This document shows, one piece after another, positions 35,834 to 45,039 of a stretch of DNA of 64,000 bases (the first letter of the stretch is position 1; every line of letters begins with the position of its first letter). The stretch comes from a virus, in IMG/VR virus record IMGVR_UViG_3300040806_003461, positions 16,662 through 80,661 of that record. One strand, 5' to 3'. The position numbers and the translations under genes were made by a program. The notes under the pieces are model-generated. The model was not told the origin of the DNA. It worked only from the letters and a program-made list of their open reading frames with translations, and ran no database searches.

Positions 35834-37044
35834 ACCAAAAACTCCTCAAGTGTTGATATATTAATATTACCACAAGAATCGTATTCTGTCAACTCTTTAT
35901 GATTGTTTTGACGCAAATAATTTCCTTCCGACATCTGCAATTCACCACGGATGAATTTGCCAATCTCAGTATGGATATCTCGGCTCGTAGGAACAGGTAC
36001 GTTTTGAGCAATATGGTTTGCTTTTGGCAATCCACCAACAAGTTCAAAGTCGTGTGGGAATCCCATCATATGCAATGCTTCACGAATAGTCAAAGAACGC
36101 ATCTCCTTAGGATGGATCGTGTCATTCATATTCCGTCCGATAACCGCATTCATAACTTCATCAAATACGTGGACCGAACCATCCCAAATACCTTTGTTCA
36201 TGGCAAACTTGTTCTTTGCATGAGTCGCAAGCTTAATACCTTTTTCGTTATTTGTTTTCTCAAACCAATGAAGGGCATCGTCAAGCAAACCGTTTTTCAT
36301 AATGTAATTGAAAGCTGTAATCCTGCCGGCGTCAATCATAACCTGTCGAGCATCTTGGTTTGTCGTACTTTGAATATATTGGAAATACGGTTCCTCGGCA
36401 AGATTCTTGTGAATAACTAAATCTTGTTGAAGAGCATCAGAAGGTACCTCATTCAAATGCTCAAGGAAGGTTTTACGATCTCGCTTATACCAATTCATAA
36501 TAGGTGCGGTTTCAGATTTCCAACCAACCGCAAAGGTGCGGTCTCGAGCCTGCGGGATTCCATGATATTTGGTAGACGTTTTATAAAGAGATAAACTGTA
36601 TCCGCGTTCTTTACAAATTTGATACAGTGCATCAGCTACAGGTTTGCCTTTGTTTGTAAATAATGCAGGAGCGTTTTCAACCACAACAGCCTTTGCGTTA
36701 AAGTCATCAATTCCTCGAGTAAATACCTCATACATCCATTCGTTCTTAGCACAACCTGCACCTTTTGATTCCGCTGATGTTCCTGTATTCAATTGAGATA
36801 ATGCAGCACAAGGAGGAGTACCTGAGATAACGTCAATCTGGCGACCGGGCTTTGCTTCAGTCAAATCAATGTACTTAATATCACGTCCTTTGACATTTTG
36901 CTGATAGTTAACGTAATGACTATCGTTAGCTTCAAAACCTTGGAATGAGTAAATTGCTTCAGGTGGTTTTCCAAACGCTTTTTCTGCCCCTAGCATTTGT
37001 CCACCAATCAATGGGATAAGAGGTGCCCAAGTAATATCTGTCAT
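35830..37044 (-). CDS. Atypical DNA cytosine-C5 methyltransferase-family protein
   Basis: Motif IV GTPPC, VI VENAP, VIII PQARDR, IX RSLTIREALHMMGFP, X IAQNVP; motif I is PLIGG instead of FxGxG. Confidence 0.8.
   Translation of the reverse strand: MTDITWAPLIPLIGGQMLGAEKAFGKPPEAIYSFQGFEANDSHYVNYQQNVKGRDIKYIDLTEAKPGRQIDVISGTPPCAALSQLNTGTSAESKGAGCAKNEWMYEVFTRGIDDFNAKAVVVENAPALFTNKGKPVADALYQICKERGYSLSLYKTSTKYHGIPQARDRTFAVGWKSETAPIMNWYKRDRKTFLEHLNEVPSDALQQDLVIHKNLAEEPYFQYIQSTTNQDARQVMIDAGRITAFNYIMKNGLLDDALHWFEKTNNEKGIKLATHAKNKFAMNKGIWDGSVHVFDEVMNAVIGRNMNDTIHPKEMRSLTIREALHMMGFPHDFELVGGLPKANHIAQNVPVPTSRDIHTEIGKFIRGELQMSEGNYLRQNNHKELTEYDSCGNINISTLEEFLV
35864..35892 (-). promoter_or_regulatory. sigma70-type promoter of dexA
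   Basis: TTGACA-17-TAATAT. Confidence 0.5.
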
Positions 37045-37045
37045 T

Positions 37046-38179
37046 TTATAATCCTATATTCAATTTTCGTTCATACGATAAACAAGTATCTTTAAAGTAT
37101 TGAATGAGTTGCAACCGCACCTCTTCAGTCAATTCTTTGATCTTATCACCTATAGATGAGTATTCAACTGTGATTTTATTTATGATTTCTGGACTGATCC
37201 CAAAACTCTTGACAAAGTCATCAGTATGAACATCCGACGTAATTAATGGCAAACAGTCATTATAAATTGATTCCACAAAGCGATATATTGAAAAGTGTTT
37301 CAAATCGTATGGAGGAATCATTAGAGTATATCTTGAAGCACGAATGTTATCAAGATATTCATCGCGATTTACAAACGTGTCAATTCCAAGTTTCTTATGA
37401 CGAATAAACAGCTTTGCATCAACCTCGTTTGTGTGAATGCTTGACATTACATCATCGTATTGCTTTTCACGATGTTCAGTCAATGCTGTAAACCCAAAGC
37501 ATAGATCCTTAGTCTTCTCAACTTCATCGTCAAAGAATGTCATAAGACCTTTAGGTTCCTGACTCAAATATGCTTGTAAAGAATCAAGTCTTTTTAAGTT
37601 GTAATCATGCCAATCGTATCCATGGTAACAGTGCAATTCGTGTGGCTGATAATCAGTCAATTGATGCAATGTATTTTCGCAAGGATCAAAACAAATTTCG
37701 TGTAAAGGAATCTTACGTTCTCTCGACATTTTAACAAGCTGTAACAAACCGACAAGAAATGAACCATTCGCAATAAAGTTCATTTGATTTCTTGTCTTTA
37801 GCATAGCATTGAACTTGTTCTTTTCTCGTGTCAAACCTGACGCATCAGAAAGCATTCCACCAAAAACAACAATTTGAGCAACATCTTCAAATTGAGAAAT
37901 CCAATCTTCACGTTCAAGGAATTCGTACCAAGAATCGTAAATTGGTTTAGGATTTGTCATACACCGTTTATAATCATCAATATAGCAAATCATTTCATCA
38001 ATGCGAATACCTGCAACCCTTTCAATGTATTCAGCATTTTGTGTATTCTTCTTAGGAGTCCATAAAATAATCCTATGGCCTTTATCTTGATATTCTTTTA
38101 AAATACACATCTGCTCAATCAAAGATTTGGTATACTTTGACGTAATAGGTCGTGTTGTGAAAAGAATAATATTAGCCAA
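37046..38179 (-). CDS. Putative GT-B glycosyltransferase (DNA-modifying)
   Basis: C-terminal YLDNIRASRYTLMIP...SIYRFVESIYNDCLP, a GT-B nucleotide-sugar binding pattern. Confidence 0.6.
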   Translation of the reverse strand: MANIILFTTRPITSKYTKSLIEQMCILKEYQDKGHRIILWTPKKNTQNAEYIERVAGIRIDEMICYIDDYKRCMTNPKPIYDSWYEFLEREDWISQFEDVAQIVVFGGMLSDASGLTREKNKFNAMLKTRNQMNFIANGSFLVGLLQLVKMSRERKIPLHEICFDPCENTLHQLTDYQPHELHCYHGYDWHDYNLKRLDSLQAYLSQEPKGLMTFFDDEVEKTKDLCFGFTALTEHREKQYDDVMSSIHTNEVDAKLFIRHKKLGIDTFVNRDEYLDNIRASRYTLMIPPYDLKHFSIYRFVESIYNDCLPLITSDVHTDDFVKSFGISPEIINKITVEYSSIGDKIKELTEEVRLQLIQYFKDTCLSYERKLNIGL

Positions 38180-39440
38180 AGAAACTCTCCAAACCTAACA
38201 TAGGTTCTTCTTTAACAGCAAATTGTGTCAAATCTGGTGCAACATAGTCTGAGTCAATTGCTGACATAATCTGATTATTTAAAAATGAGCCGTCGTAATA
38301 TTCAGGTTTAAGAATTGCAGCCCGGATGCCATTCAATACTGTTTTGTACTTTTCAGGATTTTCAGACAGCATCTTAACTCGCTCTGCCAACTCTTGAGGA
38401 GTTTTTGGTCTAAGGAATCCTGGAATATTCAAATGGTTTTGCTCATCGTAAGTTGGATGTAAGAAAGGAATAACTCCGGCATGGATCATTTCAATATACT
38501 TTGAAGTAACCCAACCTTTTTTGATTGGAATGATAAACGTAAACTTAACATCTTGCAGTTTGCTTTGCAGTTCTTCAATGTGTAAAGAACCTTTGAAACG
38601 ATTATCTCCTTCAACCACTTCGGACCATTTTCCATAAATCTCAACATTATCGTTATGGTCAAGAACCCATTCTTTAAGCATTTTATAACGAGACGGCTTG
38701 CCTTCATTCAATACAACCATGAAATCGGTTTTGCGATCTGTATTGACTTCAGTGGGATACTCGTAATCAAGACAGAAGGCTGTTTCCATACCTGCATATA
38801 CCGACGGTACTTCACGAATAATCCTTGTCTGATCCTCATACGAGACGATAGTGTTTGATTTATACGTATAGTCGTATTGGCCCAAAGAGATTGAAGGCAT
38901 ATGAAACATATCACGAGATTGATTCATAACGTAACGTGGATCGTTAACGATTTCAACATAATGCGGTTTCTGTTCATTCAACCAAACAGCAAGAGGAGTA
39001 GCATAGCCTTTTGTCATATCAATAACAGAAGCAGGTTTGCCGTCGTCATCATTTACTTTTTTGATTTTGTTTGGAATTGTAACAGTACCAACTTGACCTA
39101 TCATCATAACGGTTGTGTCAAGCTTGACGTCATTCTCTTTAAGGTAATTGATAATCCAACGATAATAGCTATCATCATACTTGCCTGGGCGTAGCTTTTC
39201 TCCACCCCAAATATCAATAACGTTATCATACGGAAAGATTTCGTATTTTTCTTTTTCGTTCAATTGAGCATAATCTGATCTGCCAAGCAAGTAAAAGGTT
39301 TTATCGGGATTACGGTTTGCAAGTGCACGAATAGTACAGCTTGCTTCATTATCACCACCGATAGGAGAATACTTGTTCTTACGAAACTTTACAGATTTAC
39401 CCAATTTTGCAAAGCCAATATTTTTCATTTGTCCATCCAT
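38172..39440 (-). CDS. Putative GT-B DNA glycosyltransferase (beta-glucosyltransferase-like; probable start 39428)
   Basis: GGDNEA, NDPRY, EIYGKW, TFIIP...TSKYIEMIHAGVIPF; near gp42. Confidence 0.7.
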   Translation of the reverse strand: MDGQMKNIGFAKLGKSVKFRKNKYSPIGGDNEASCTIRALANRNPDKTFYLLGRSDYAQLNEKEKYEIFPYDNVIDIWGGEKLRPGKYDDSYYRWIINYLKENDVKLDTTVMMIGQVGTVTIPNKIKKVNDDDGKPASVIDMTKGYATPLAVWLNEQKPHYVEIVNDPRYVMNQSRDMFHMPSISLGQYDYTYKSNTIVSYEDQTRIIREVPSVYAGMETAFCLDYEYPTEVNTDRKTDFMVVLNEGKPSRYKMLKEWVLDHNDNVEIYGKWSEVVEGDNRFKGSLHIEELQSKLQDVKFTFIIPIKKGWVTSKYIEMIHAGVIPFLHPTYDEQNHLNIPGFLRPKTPQELAERVKMLSENPEKYKTVLNGIRAAILKPEYYDGSFLNNQIMSAIDSDYVAPDLTQFAVKEEPMLGLESFFG

Positions 39441-39781
39441 TCTATAAACTCATCTGGGCGCATTGCCTTGTCATCAATGTAGTAAACACCGTATGGTTTA
39501 CCCCACACGATTTCGTCGTAGGGAACGTTATGGCGGTCAAGCCAATTCTTTGTACATTCTCCGACATCTTCAATGATTTTATTTATGTCCCCATTATGTG
39601 TAAGCATTCTGCGAGCGGTATGAAGAACAATTTTATAACCGCGTTCTTTTGCTACCTGCAGGCTTTTAATCATTGGCTCGTTAGGTACTGCAAGACCGTA
39701 TTTTAATGATGTCTTGGTTTGAGTATGATTAGGAAAACATATGGTATCGTCAATATCAACTATGAGCGTTTGCGTAGTCAT
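39425..39781 (-). CDS. HAD-family phosphatase (capsule biosynthesis phosphatase-like)
   Basis: VDIDDTI, LHTAR, WGKP, YIDDKA. Confidence 0.85.
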   Translation of the reverse strand: MTTQTLIVDIDDTICFPNHTQTKTSLKYGLAVPNEPMIKSLQVAKERGYKIVLHTARRMLTHNGDINKIIEDVGECTKNWLDRHNVPYDEIVWGKPYGVYYIDDKAMRPDEFIEWMDK

Positions 39782-41246
39782 TGATGTAATTTCTCATCTT
39801 GTTCTGTCTATCAGGTGAATCGTAATGCAATTTAATACAGGTAGCAATAAGCAATGCACCACCGTCAATGATTTCTTCGTAATCGTCTGGATAATATTTA
39901 AAAATCATTTTGCCGAAGCTTTCTGCTACATACGGAGGATATTTATGTCCTGATACCATTTCACCATACCCGTGGTACAGGTCGTGAGATAGCTTACAGA
40001 GGTCATACATATGATCGCCACCACAACCAATATGATCGCCATAAGATCCTCGTGGATCAAGTAAAGTAATGCTATCGTTGTATGGGTTATAAAGAATATT
40101 TCCAAAATGCAAATCACCGTGCATTGCCGATACAGGTTTGACCTTTTTCAAGCAACGTTCAGCAACATCACGATAAAAGAAATCGTCATCTTCAAGACGT
40201 TTTTCTGTTTTATCAATCCACATCTTTTGAGCATTCTCATAGAAATCAGCAGTAAACTCAAGCGTTGCTTTTGTATGGAAATACTTTTGCATAGTCACGA
40301 TTACCTTTTCAATCAAATAGTCAATCGTACTATTAGAAAGGTCTTCGTGCATAAGAAGATCGGACAAAAGAGTGCCTGACTCGTAAGACATTGATAAGGC
40401 ATAATCGTCTTTGAGAATTTTAGGAACAAGCATACCTTGAAGAGGGTTCAAAGATTCGTACCAATTCTTTTCGTTCATAATCGTTTTGACGGCAAACGGA
40501 TCATTCTCTTTAGGATTCTTTGTGATCGCATTTAGATCAGGATAATACTCAAAAGAATTGAACTCACGAGCTTTGAATGTTAGAAACTGTGCGCATGTTT
40601 TATGGTATGTGGCAATATCACCAATGTCATACCATTGCACTGTATTGACACGCATATAGTCATTAGAGTATAATTCTAATGCGTCAGAAATATCGTATCC
40701 ATCTGTTCCTTCAAAGGCATCACAGGCTTTGAATCCGTTGGCAAAACTGTATAGACCAACGAGTGCGGATGCGTTAGGAATTGTTTCATTGGGCTTATTA
40801 TAAAAAGAACGACCATCCCACATACACCATGCAAAATGGTCGTGAACATCCTTGGTCAGTAAGAAATCCTTACCTAAAGGTAGATCTTCATCAAGGATAA
40901 TAGCATCGCCAAGCCAAACGACTAAAGGAGCATTGATATTGCTAAGTTCAGAGATACCTACACGAATAGCATCACGAGGACCATTCAAAGATCCTTGCTT
41001 AACGCACTTGATGTTATTCCACTTACTTTTCTTTGCCCATTCGCGTATATCATTATGCTTGCCGTCTACAATGACGATTTCGCCTACGTCAGGTGTATTC
41101 TTGTAGATGGATTCAATAATATACTCAATGGTTGGCTTGCCATGTACACGAACCATTGCCTTTGAGCAATTTGAAGTTAACGGTTTGAGTCTTGTTGCCT
41201 CACCCGCTGCAGGGATCACGACATTAATCATATTCACTCCTATCAT
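39756..41246 (-). CDS. Bifunctional sugar-phosphate nucleotidyltransferase + APH/choline-kinase-fold kinase (probable start 41231)
   Basis: N-terminal IPAAGEATRL..K, WLGD, WYDIGD; C-terminal HGDLHFGNIL...LLDPRG...YDLCKL. Confidence 0.85.
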   Translation of the reverse strand: MIGVNMINVVIPAAGEATRLKPLTSNCSKAMVRVHGKPTIEYIIESIYKNTPDVGEIVIVDGKHNDIREWAKKSKWNNIKCVKQGSLNGPRDAIRVGISELSNINAPLVVWLGDAIILDEDLPLGKDFLLTKDVHDHFAWCMWDGRSFYNKPNETIPNASALVGLYSFANGFKACDAFEGTDGYDISDALELYSNDYMRVNTVQWYDIGDIATYHKTCAQFLTFKAREFNSFEYYPDLNAITKNPKENDPFAVKTIMNEKNWYESLNPLQGMLVPKILKDDYALSMSYESGTLLSDLLMHEDLSNSTIDYLIEKVIVTMQKYFHTKATLEFTADFYENAQKMWIDKTEKRLEDDDFFYRDVAERCLKKVKPVSAMHGDLHFGNILYNPYNDSITLLDPRGSYGDHIGCGGDHMYDLCKLSHDLYHGYGEMVSGHKYPPYVAESFGKMIFKYYPDDYEEIIDGGALLIATCIKLHYDSPDRQNKMRNYINDYANAHS

Positions 41247-41255
41247 TACAAATAC

Positions 41256-41284
41256 ATTATATAACTATATATGATTTTTGTCAA
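41256..41284 (-). promoter_or_regulatory. Perfect sigma70 consensus promoter for the sugar/GT/MTase operon
   Basis: TTGACA-17-TATAAT. Confidence 0.75.
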
Positions 41285-41785
41285 CTAAAAAATGGTGACC
41301 TCAACGCCCGCTTCTTGAAACATAGGAAACGATTGAGCATTAAATACTTCTTCCCAGCAACCTTTATTGGTTTTGTCGTTAGTGACAACACGTTTAATGC
41401 CTGCCTGAATTATACATTTTGCGCAAGCAGGGCAAACAGGTAAACCGTGAACATATAACGTTGCATCCTTAACAGACACACCGTTATATAAAGCGTTCAT
41501 CAAAGCATTCATTTCGGCATGAATAATACGTGGGTACTTTTCATCACGATCGTTCAATCGTTTTTCTGTATCGTTAATGCCACGAGGAAACCCGTTATAA
41601 CCGGTAGCAAGGATCCGCCTTTCAGAATTGACAATCACTGCGCCAATCTTACTCGACGGATCCTTACTCCAGCTTGAAATGACCTCAGCCATTTCCATAA
41701 AGCGTTTATCCCACTTATTGCTATTTACCGCGTCATAGCTAGGATAGCCTTTTTCAAACACCGGTTCAATCAAGACGCACTCCAA
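41285..41785 (-). CDS. cd: dCMP deaminase
   Basis: SKDPSSKIGAVIV, TGYNGFP, HAEMNA, PVCPAC. Confidence 0.92.
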   Translation of the reverse strand: MECVLIEPVFEKGYPSYDAVNSNKWDKRFMEMAEVISSWSKDPSSKIGAVIVNSERRILATGYNGFPRGINDTEKRLNDRDEKYPRIIHAEMNALMNALYNGVSVKDATLYVHGLPVCPACAKCIIQAGIKRVVTNDKTNKGCWEEVFNAQSFPMFQEAGVEVTIF

Positions 41786-42020
41786 CCAAAGAATCCCAGC
41801 GGAAGGATCGCCATCCTTCTTTTTCTACATCATATACAACTTGCACTTCTTCATTTACAGCACGTACCTTTTTCTGAGTCAAAGGATCTTCCTTTGTGGC
41901 AGGTGGTACGATATTCTCATTAAGAGTACAAGTCATTACTCGCTTATCGCCATTCAGCTTATTAAAAGTAATTTCCACAACACCGTTTTTCAGTGCTTCT
42001 TTGATTGCTTCTTGTTCCAT
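41766..42020 (-). CDS. WYL-like SH3-fold protein (DUF2693-like)
   Basis: ITFNKLNGDKRVMTCTL...YDVEKEGWRSFRWD. Confidence 0.75.
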   Translation of the reverse strand: MEQEAIKEALKNGVVEITFNKLNGDKRVMTCTLNENIVPPATKEDPLTQKKVRAVNEEVQVVYDVEKEGWRSFRWDSLVGVRLD

Positions 42021-42029
42021 AATATAATC

Positions 42030-42581
42030 CTAATCGTTAGAGATAGTTTCAAGACTTTCTAGGTAGTCAACCATTTTTTCTGGCGTAGTGTTTTCATATG
42101 GATCATCATCAGATCCATCGTTATTGATTCCTGGCTCTTGCCACCATTTCTCAATAACACCGTTATTGATAACACACATATAACGCCAACTGCGGTTACC
42201 AAATCCTAAATGGTTTTTGCCGATAAGCATACCCATATAACGAGTAAAGTTACCAGATCCATCAGGAATTACTTTGACATTTTCAATTCCTTGCTGCTTT
42301 GCCCACGCATTCATAACAAACGCGTCGTTTACTGAGATACAGTATACCTCATCTACGCCTGCCATACAAATACGTTTATAGTTTTCTTCGAAGCCAGGCA
42401 ACTGATAAGTTGAACAGGTTGGAGTAAACGCTCCTGGCAAGCTGAACAATACAACCCGCTTTCCTTTAAACAGATCATCGCTCGTAACCATATCCCAAGT
42501 ATATGGGTTAGGTCCTTCAATAGTCTCATCCCTTACACGAGTTTGAAAAACTACGCAAGGCGGTTTAAAACCTTCAATCAT
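42030..42581 (-). CDS. Peroxiredoxin (Prx5-type)
   Basis: LPGAFTPTCS, SVNDAFVM, RSWRY. Confidence 0.92.
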   Translation of the reverse strand: MIEGFKPPCVVFQTRVRDETIEGPNPYTWDMVTSDDLFKGKRVVLFSLPGAFTPTCSTYQLPGFEENYKRICMAGVDEVYCISVNDAFVMNAWAKQQGIENVKVIPDGSGNFTRYMGMLIGKNHLGFGNRSWRYMCVINNGVIEKWWQEPGINNDGSDDDPYENTTPEKMVDYLESLETISND

Positions 42582-42593
42582 ATTTCCTCCTTT

Positions 42594-43286
42594 CTATTTT
42601 ACAAGGTTAAAGTGACGTTCGTAGACGTGTAAGTTCTGAACTTGCCACACCATCATACCAGGTTCAATCATTCGGCCTTGGTCATACCGATCTTCGTGGT
42701 TGAAATCCCAACAAAGTTTTTCCATAACATATCTTTGCCACGCATAATCGTTGCGATAGCCATAGACTACATCATTACTACGCATTTGTACCACAGCATG
42801 TAACAGGCCGTCACGAATATAGTAAGTGACAGCATTGGTGCAAATGAAATCATTTTTGCCATCAGCTTCAAAATCAATCCAAATACTAGGACGATTATAA
42901 ACACAAGTAGCGCGCCTTCCATCAGGATTCTCCAATAACTCGCTTAATACATTTTCATATTGACTATAATACTGAGGTGAATAAATTAAGGTACCATAAT
43001 TAGAATTGATTTCACCATGTTGGTTTGCAGAATATTGCCAAGCCGCAGGCGATTTGCCGTAGATTTCTTTAAGAGTATTGATGTTTGTGGACTGAGTTTC
43101 GTACCACTCAATTTCAGCATCAATGTATTCTTCTTTCGGTATACCAAAGATTGCGGGCTTATCAGCAATAAAAGATGCGCCAATCAGCTCAATCGTTTTA
43201 GCACCAGTGCGGTCAATGGTATACGCTTCATCGGCAAGTTCACCGATAAAGAATTCACGCATATCTTTTACGGATGGAATATTCAT
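42594..43286 (-). CDS. gp42: dCMP hydroxymethylase (thymidylate synthase fold, gp42-like)
   Basis: INSNYG, DFICTN catalytic Cys, QMRSNDVVYGYRNDYAWQ (Asp at the dCMP-specificity position), NLHVYERHF. Confidence 0.88.
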   Translation of the reverse strand: MNIPSVKDMREFFIGELADEAYTIDRTGAKTIELIGASFIADKPAIFGIPKEEYIDAEIEWYETQSTNINTLKEIYGKSPAAWQYSANQHGEINSNYGTLIYSPQYYSQYENVLSELLENPDGRRATCVYNRPSIWIDFEADGKNDFICTNAVTYYIRDGLLHAVVQMRSNDVVYGYRNDYAWQRYVMEKLCWDFNHEDRYDQGRMIEPGMMVWQVQNLHVYERHFNLVK

Positions 43287-43489
43287 TTTGAGTTTTCCTT
43301 AATGTATTTAACGTTATCCAGGTCTTGAATGATTTGCATTTCTTCAGACCGCACCCATCCTTCAATAAATTGATTAAGAAGAGAAGTCCGAGAAAAACCT
43401 TTACTATCTACCAAATCATCAAACCGTTCTTTTAGGTCAGTTGGTATATTAAAATTAATAAGGGTATATTCTTTTTTCGTTCTGGGCAT
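43283..43489 (-). CDS. Ribbon-helix-helix DNA-binding protein
   Basis: LINFNIPTDLKERFDDLV..KGFSRTSLLNQFIE. Confidence 0.7.
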   Translation of the reverse strand: MPRTKKEYTLINFNIPTDLKERFDDLVDSKGFSRTSLLNQFIEGWVRSEEMQIIQDLDNVKYIKENSK

Positions 43490-43812
43490 TATTTATCTCC
43501 TTTATTATAGCGGTCGTCAGTTAGCTCAGGATCACTTTCAAGAGTGGTCATAAGTAGGATCATCATTTGAGTAAGAGCGTGCGAAAGATGAGGCAAACCA
43601 GATTCAGGGTCAAGATCCTCACCTGAATGATAGGCCATCAAATGGCGCTGAATGGATGAGTAATGACGAGACACAGGGAACTTGTCAATGTCTTGCCGCC
43701 AATTGTTCTCACCATATTTTTCAGCACCGAATCCAAATACCTTTGCAGCTTCAATAATAGCCTCAGGTGGAACGAGATGAATTTTTGGTTTACCTGCATC
43801 ATACTTCATCAC
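43489..43812 (-). CDS. dNTP diphosphohydrolase (DUF5664, dATP/dGTP diphosphohydrolase N-terminal family)
   Basis: KYDAGKP..LVP, FGAEKYGENNW, RHLMAY..GEDLDPESGLPHLSHA. Confidence 0.8.
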   Translation of the reverse strand: MMKYDAGKPKIHLVPPEAIIEAAKVFGFGAEKYGENNWRQDIDKFPVSRHYSSIQRHLMAYHSGEDLDPESGLPHLSHALTQMMILLMTTLESDPELTDDRYNKGDK

Positions 43813-44314
43813 GAGAACCTCTACCTTTAATTTCGCTATTCATTATAGGTTGAAAATGTTGGATTGACGCATCCTCAATAATAGGAGCAATACTCAGATC
43901 GCCATACTCAACCGTATCAATATATTGTATCACAACATCCATTGAATGTAAACCATTTTCTTTTAGATATTCTCGATACTTGCGGCCTGATACTTCGTGA
44001 TGTTCATCAGGACGGCGAAAAGAGCGAGTATGATTACATTGACGTAAATGAATAGACATTGTCTTTCCATCCGTCTTACCGACATACAGGATTTTTCCTG
44101 TTTTCTTTTCAACCCAACGATAGATGCCTTTTGCATAGTTTGCAGCAATGCGGTTTCCATCTTTAATGTGTGGAGTTAAAAGATCAGTTTCAAAACCTGT
44201 GTCGGTCCGTGAAAGACGGATTTCTCCATAAGTTTTTGCTTCAGTCCAATAGTCTTCAATTTCGTTAAAGACAGTCTGTTCTATAATTGCAGCAAGTGAT
44301 TGTAACTTAGACAT
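43799..44314 (-). CDS. GIY-YIG nuclease
   Basis: KGIYRW...ILYVGKT...R..H...IE...PIMN. Confidence 0.75.
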   Translation of the reverse strand: MSKLQSLAAIIEQTVFNEIEDYWTEAKTYGEIRLSRTDTGFETDLLTPHIKDGNRIAANYAKGIYRWVEKKTGKILYVGKTDGKTMSIHLRQCNHTRSFRRPDEHHEVSGRKYREYLKENGLHSMDVVIQYIDTVEYGDLSIAPIIEDASIQHFQPIMNSEIKGRGSRDEV

Positions 44315-44613
44315 TATTTGTACTCCCGGATGTAAACGTCAAAGTGAGTTGCGTTTTCAATAGGAGTATCATAGTAGCAACAACCGTTAAAACCAACACC
44401 GTTAGTTTTACGAGAACCACGAGGACGAATACGAAGTCCGTGAGTAGGACGATCATATTTTGAATTGAACCAAATAGATTTGCGGTAGCGTTTGGTACCT
44501 TCGTTTGCGTTTACCAACATTGCCTTTAGGTCAGCAATTGCAGGATCGTCAAGAGAAGTAACGGTGAAACGATAATCAGAGGAAGTGCGGTTTTTGTATG
44601 TGACGTATGCCAT
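44314..44613 (-). CDS. Hypothetical early protein
   Basis: Good SD; first gene after a sigma70 promoter. Confidence 0.7.
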   Translation of the reverse strand: MAYVTYKNRTSSDYRFTVTSLDDPAIADLKAMLVNANEGTKRYRKSIWFNSKYDRPTHGLRIRPRGSRKTNGVGFNGCCYYDTPIENATHFDVYIREYK

Positions 44614-44643
44614 GTGTGTTTCCTTGTTTCAATTTATATTAAT

Positions 44644-44672
44644 AATATAATCTAATTGAAATGGAATGTCAA
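44644..44672 (-). promoter_or_regulatory. Early promoter cassette 1
   Basis: TTGACATTCC...-17-TATATT with A/T-rich ATGAAA upstream element. Confidence 0.7.
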
Positions 44673-44902
44673 TAGGTATTTTGAATTTTTTTCATAAAAA
44701 TATGAAATTTATCTGCGTCTTGATTAACCTCAAAACACATTGTATCTTCATACACATCGGTGTATGTAGTGTGAGCCCACTGCTCTTTAGGGAAATTCTT
44801 TTTACAATAAAGAACAGCTTGCGATCGCCAGTCAGAATGAAATGGAACCTGAAAGCCAGGCATCCATCTCATCTTGTATTCAAAAATTTCTACTGGCGTC
44901 AT
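44669..44902 (-). CDS. Hypothetical protein (MTPVEIFEYK...)
   Basis: ATG overlaps the upstream stop (ATGA). Confidence 0.6.
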   Translation of the reverse strand: MTPVEIFEYKMRWMPGFQVPFHSDWRSQAVLYCKKNFPKEQWAHTTYTDVYEDTMCFEVNQDADKFHIFMKKIQNTY

Positions 44903-45039
44903 GATAACATCCGCAAGCAAGTAAGGAATGAGTTTTCATCCAAGCAATCAGACCAGATATGAGAAAAATACCAAACTATCAAGGCAACGATTGCAAGCAT
45001 TCCAATGACATACATGGAGATTTCAAACCACTGTTTCAT
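44899..45039 (-). CDS. 46-aa single-pass membrane protein, not in the ORF track
   Basis: MKQWFEISMYVIGMLAIVALIVWYFSHIWSDCLDENSFLTCLRMLS*; TAATG overlap with the upstream gene. Confidence 0.6.
   Translation of the reverse strand: MKQWFEISMYVIGMLAIVALIVWYFSHIWSDCLDENSFLTCLRMLS

Noticed and set aside
42594-43286. Ordinary thymidylate synthase ThyA
   Set aside because: Has DFICTN and RNDY with Asp rather than the ThyA PCH and PFN motifs; matches the dCMP hydroxymethylase pattern
43799-44314. Mobile homing endonuclease
   Set aside because: No C-terminal NUMOD/HTH DNA-binding extension and no intron context; an operonic host-DNA nuclease is more plausible, though not proven
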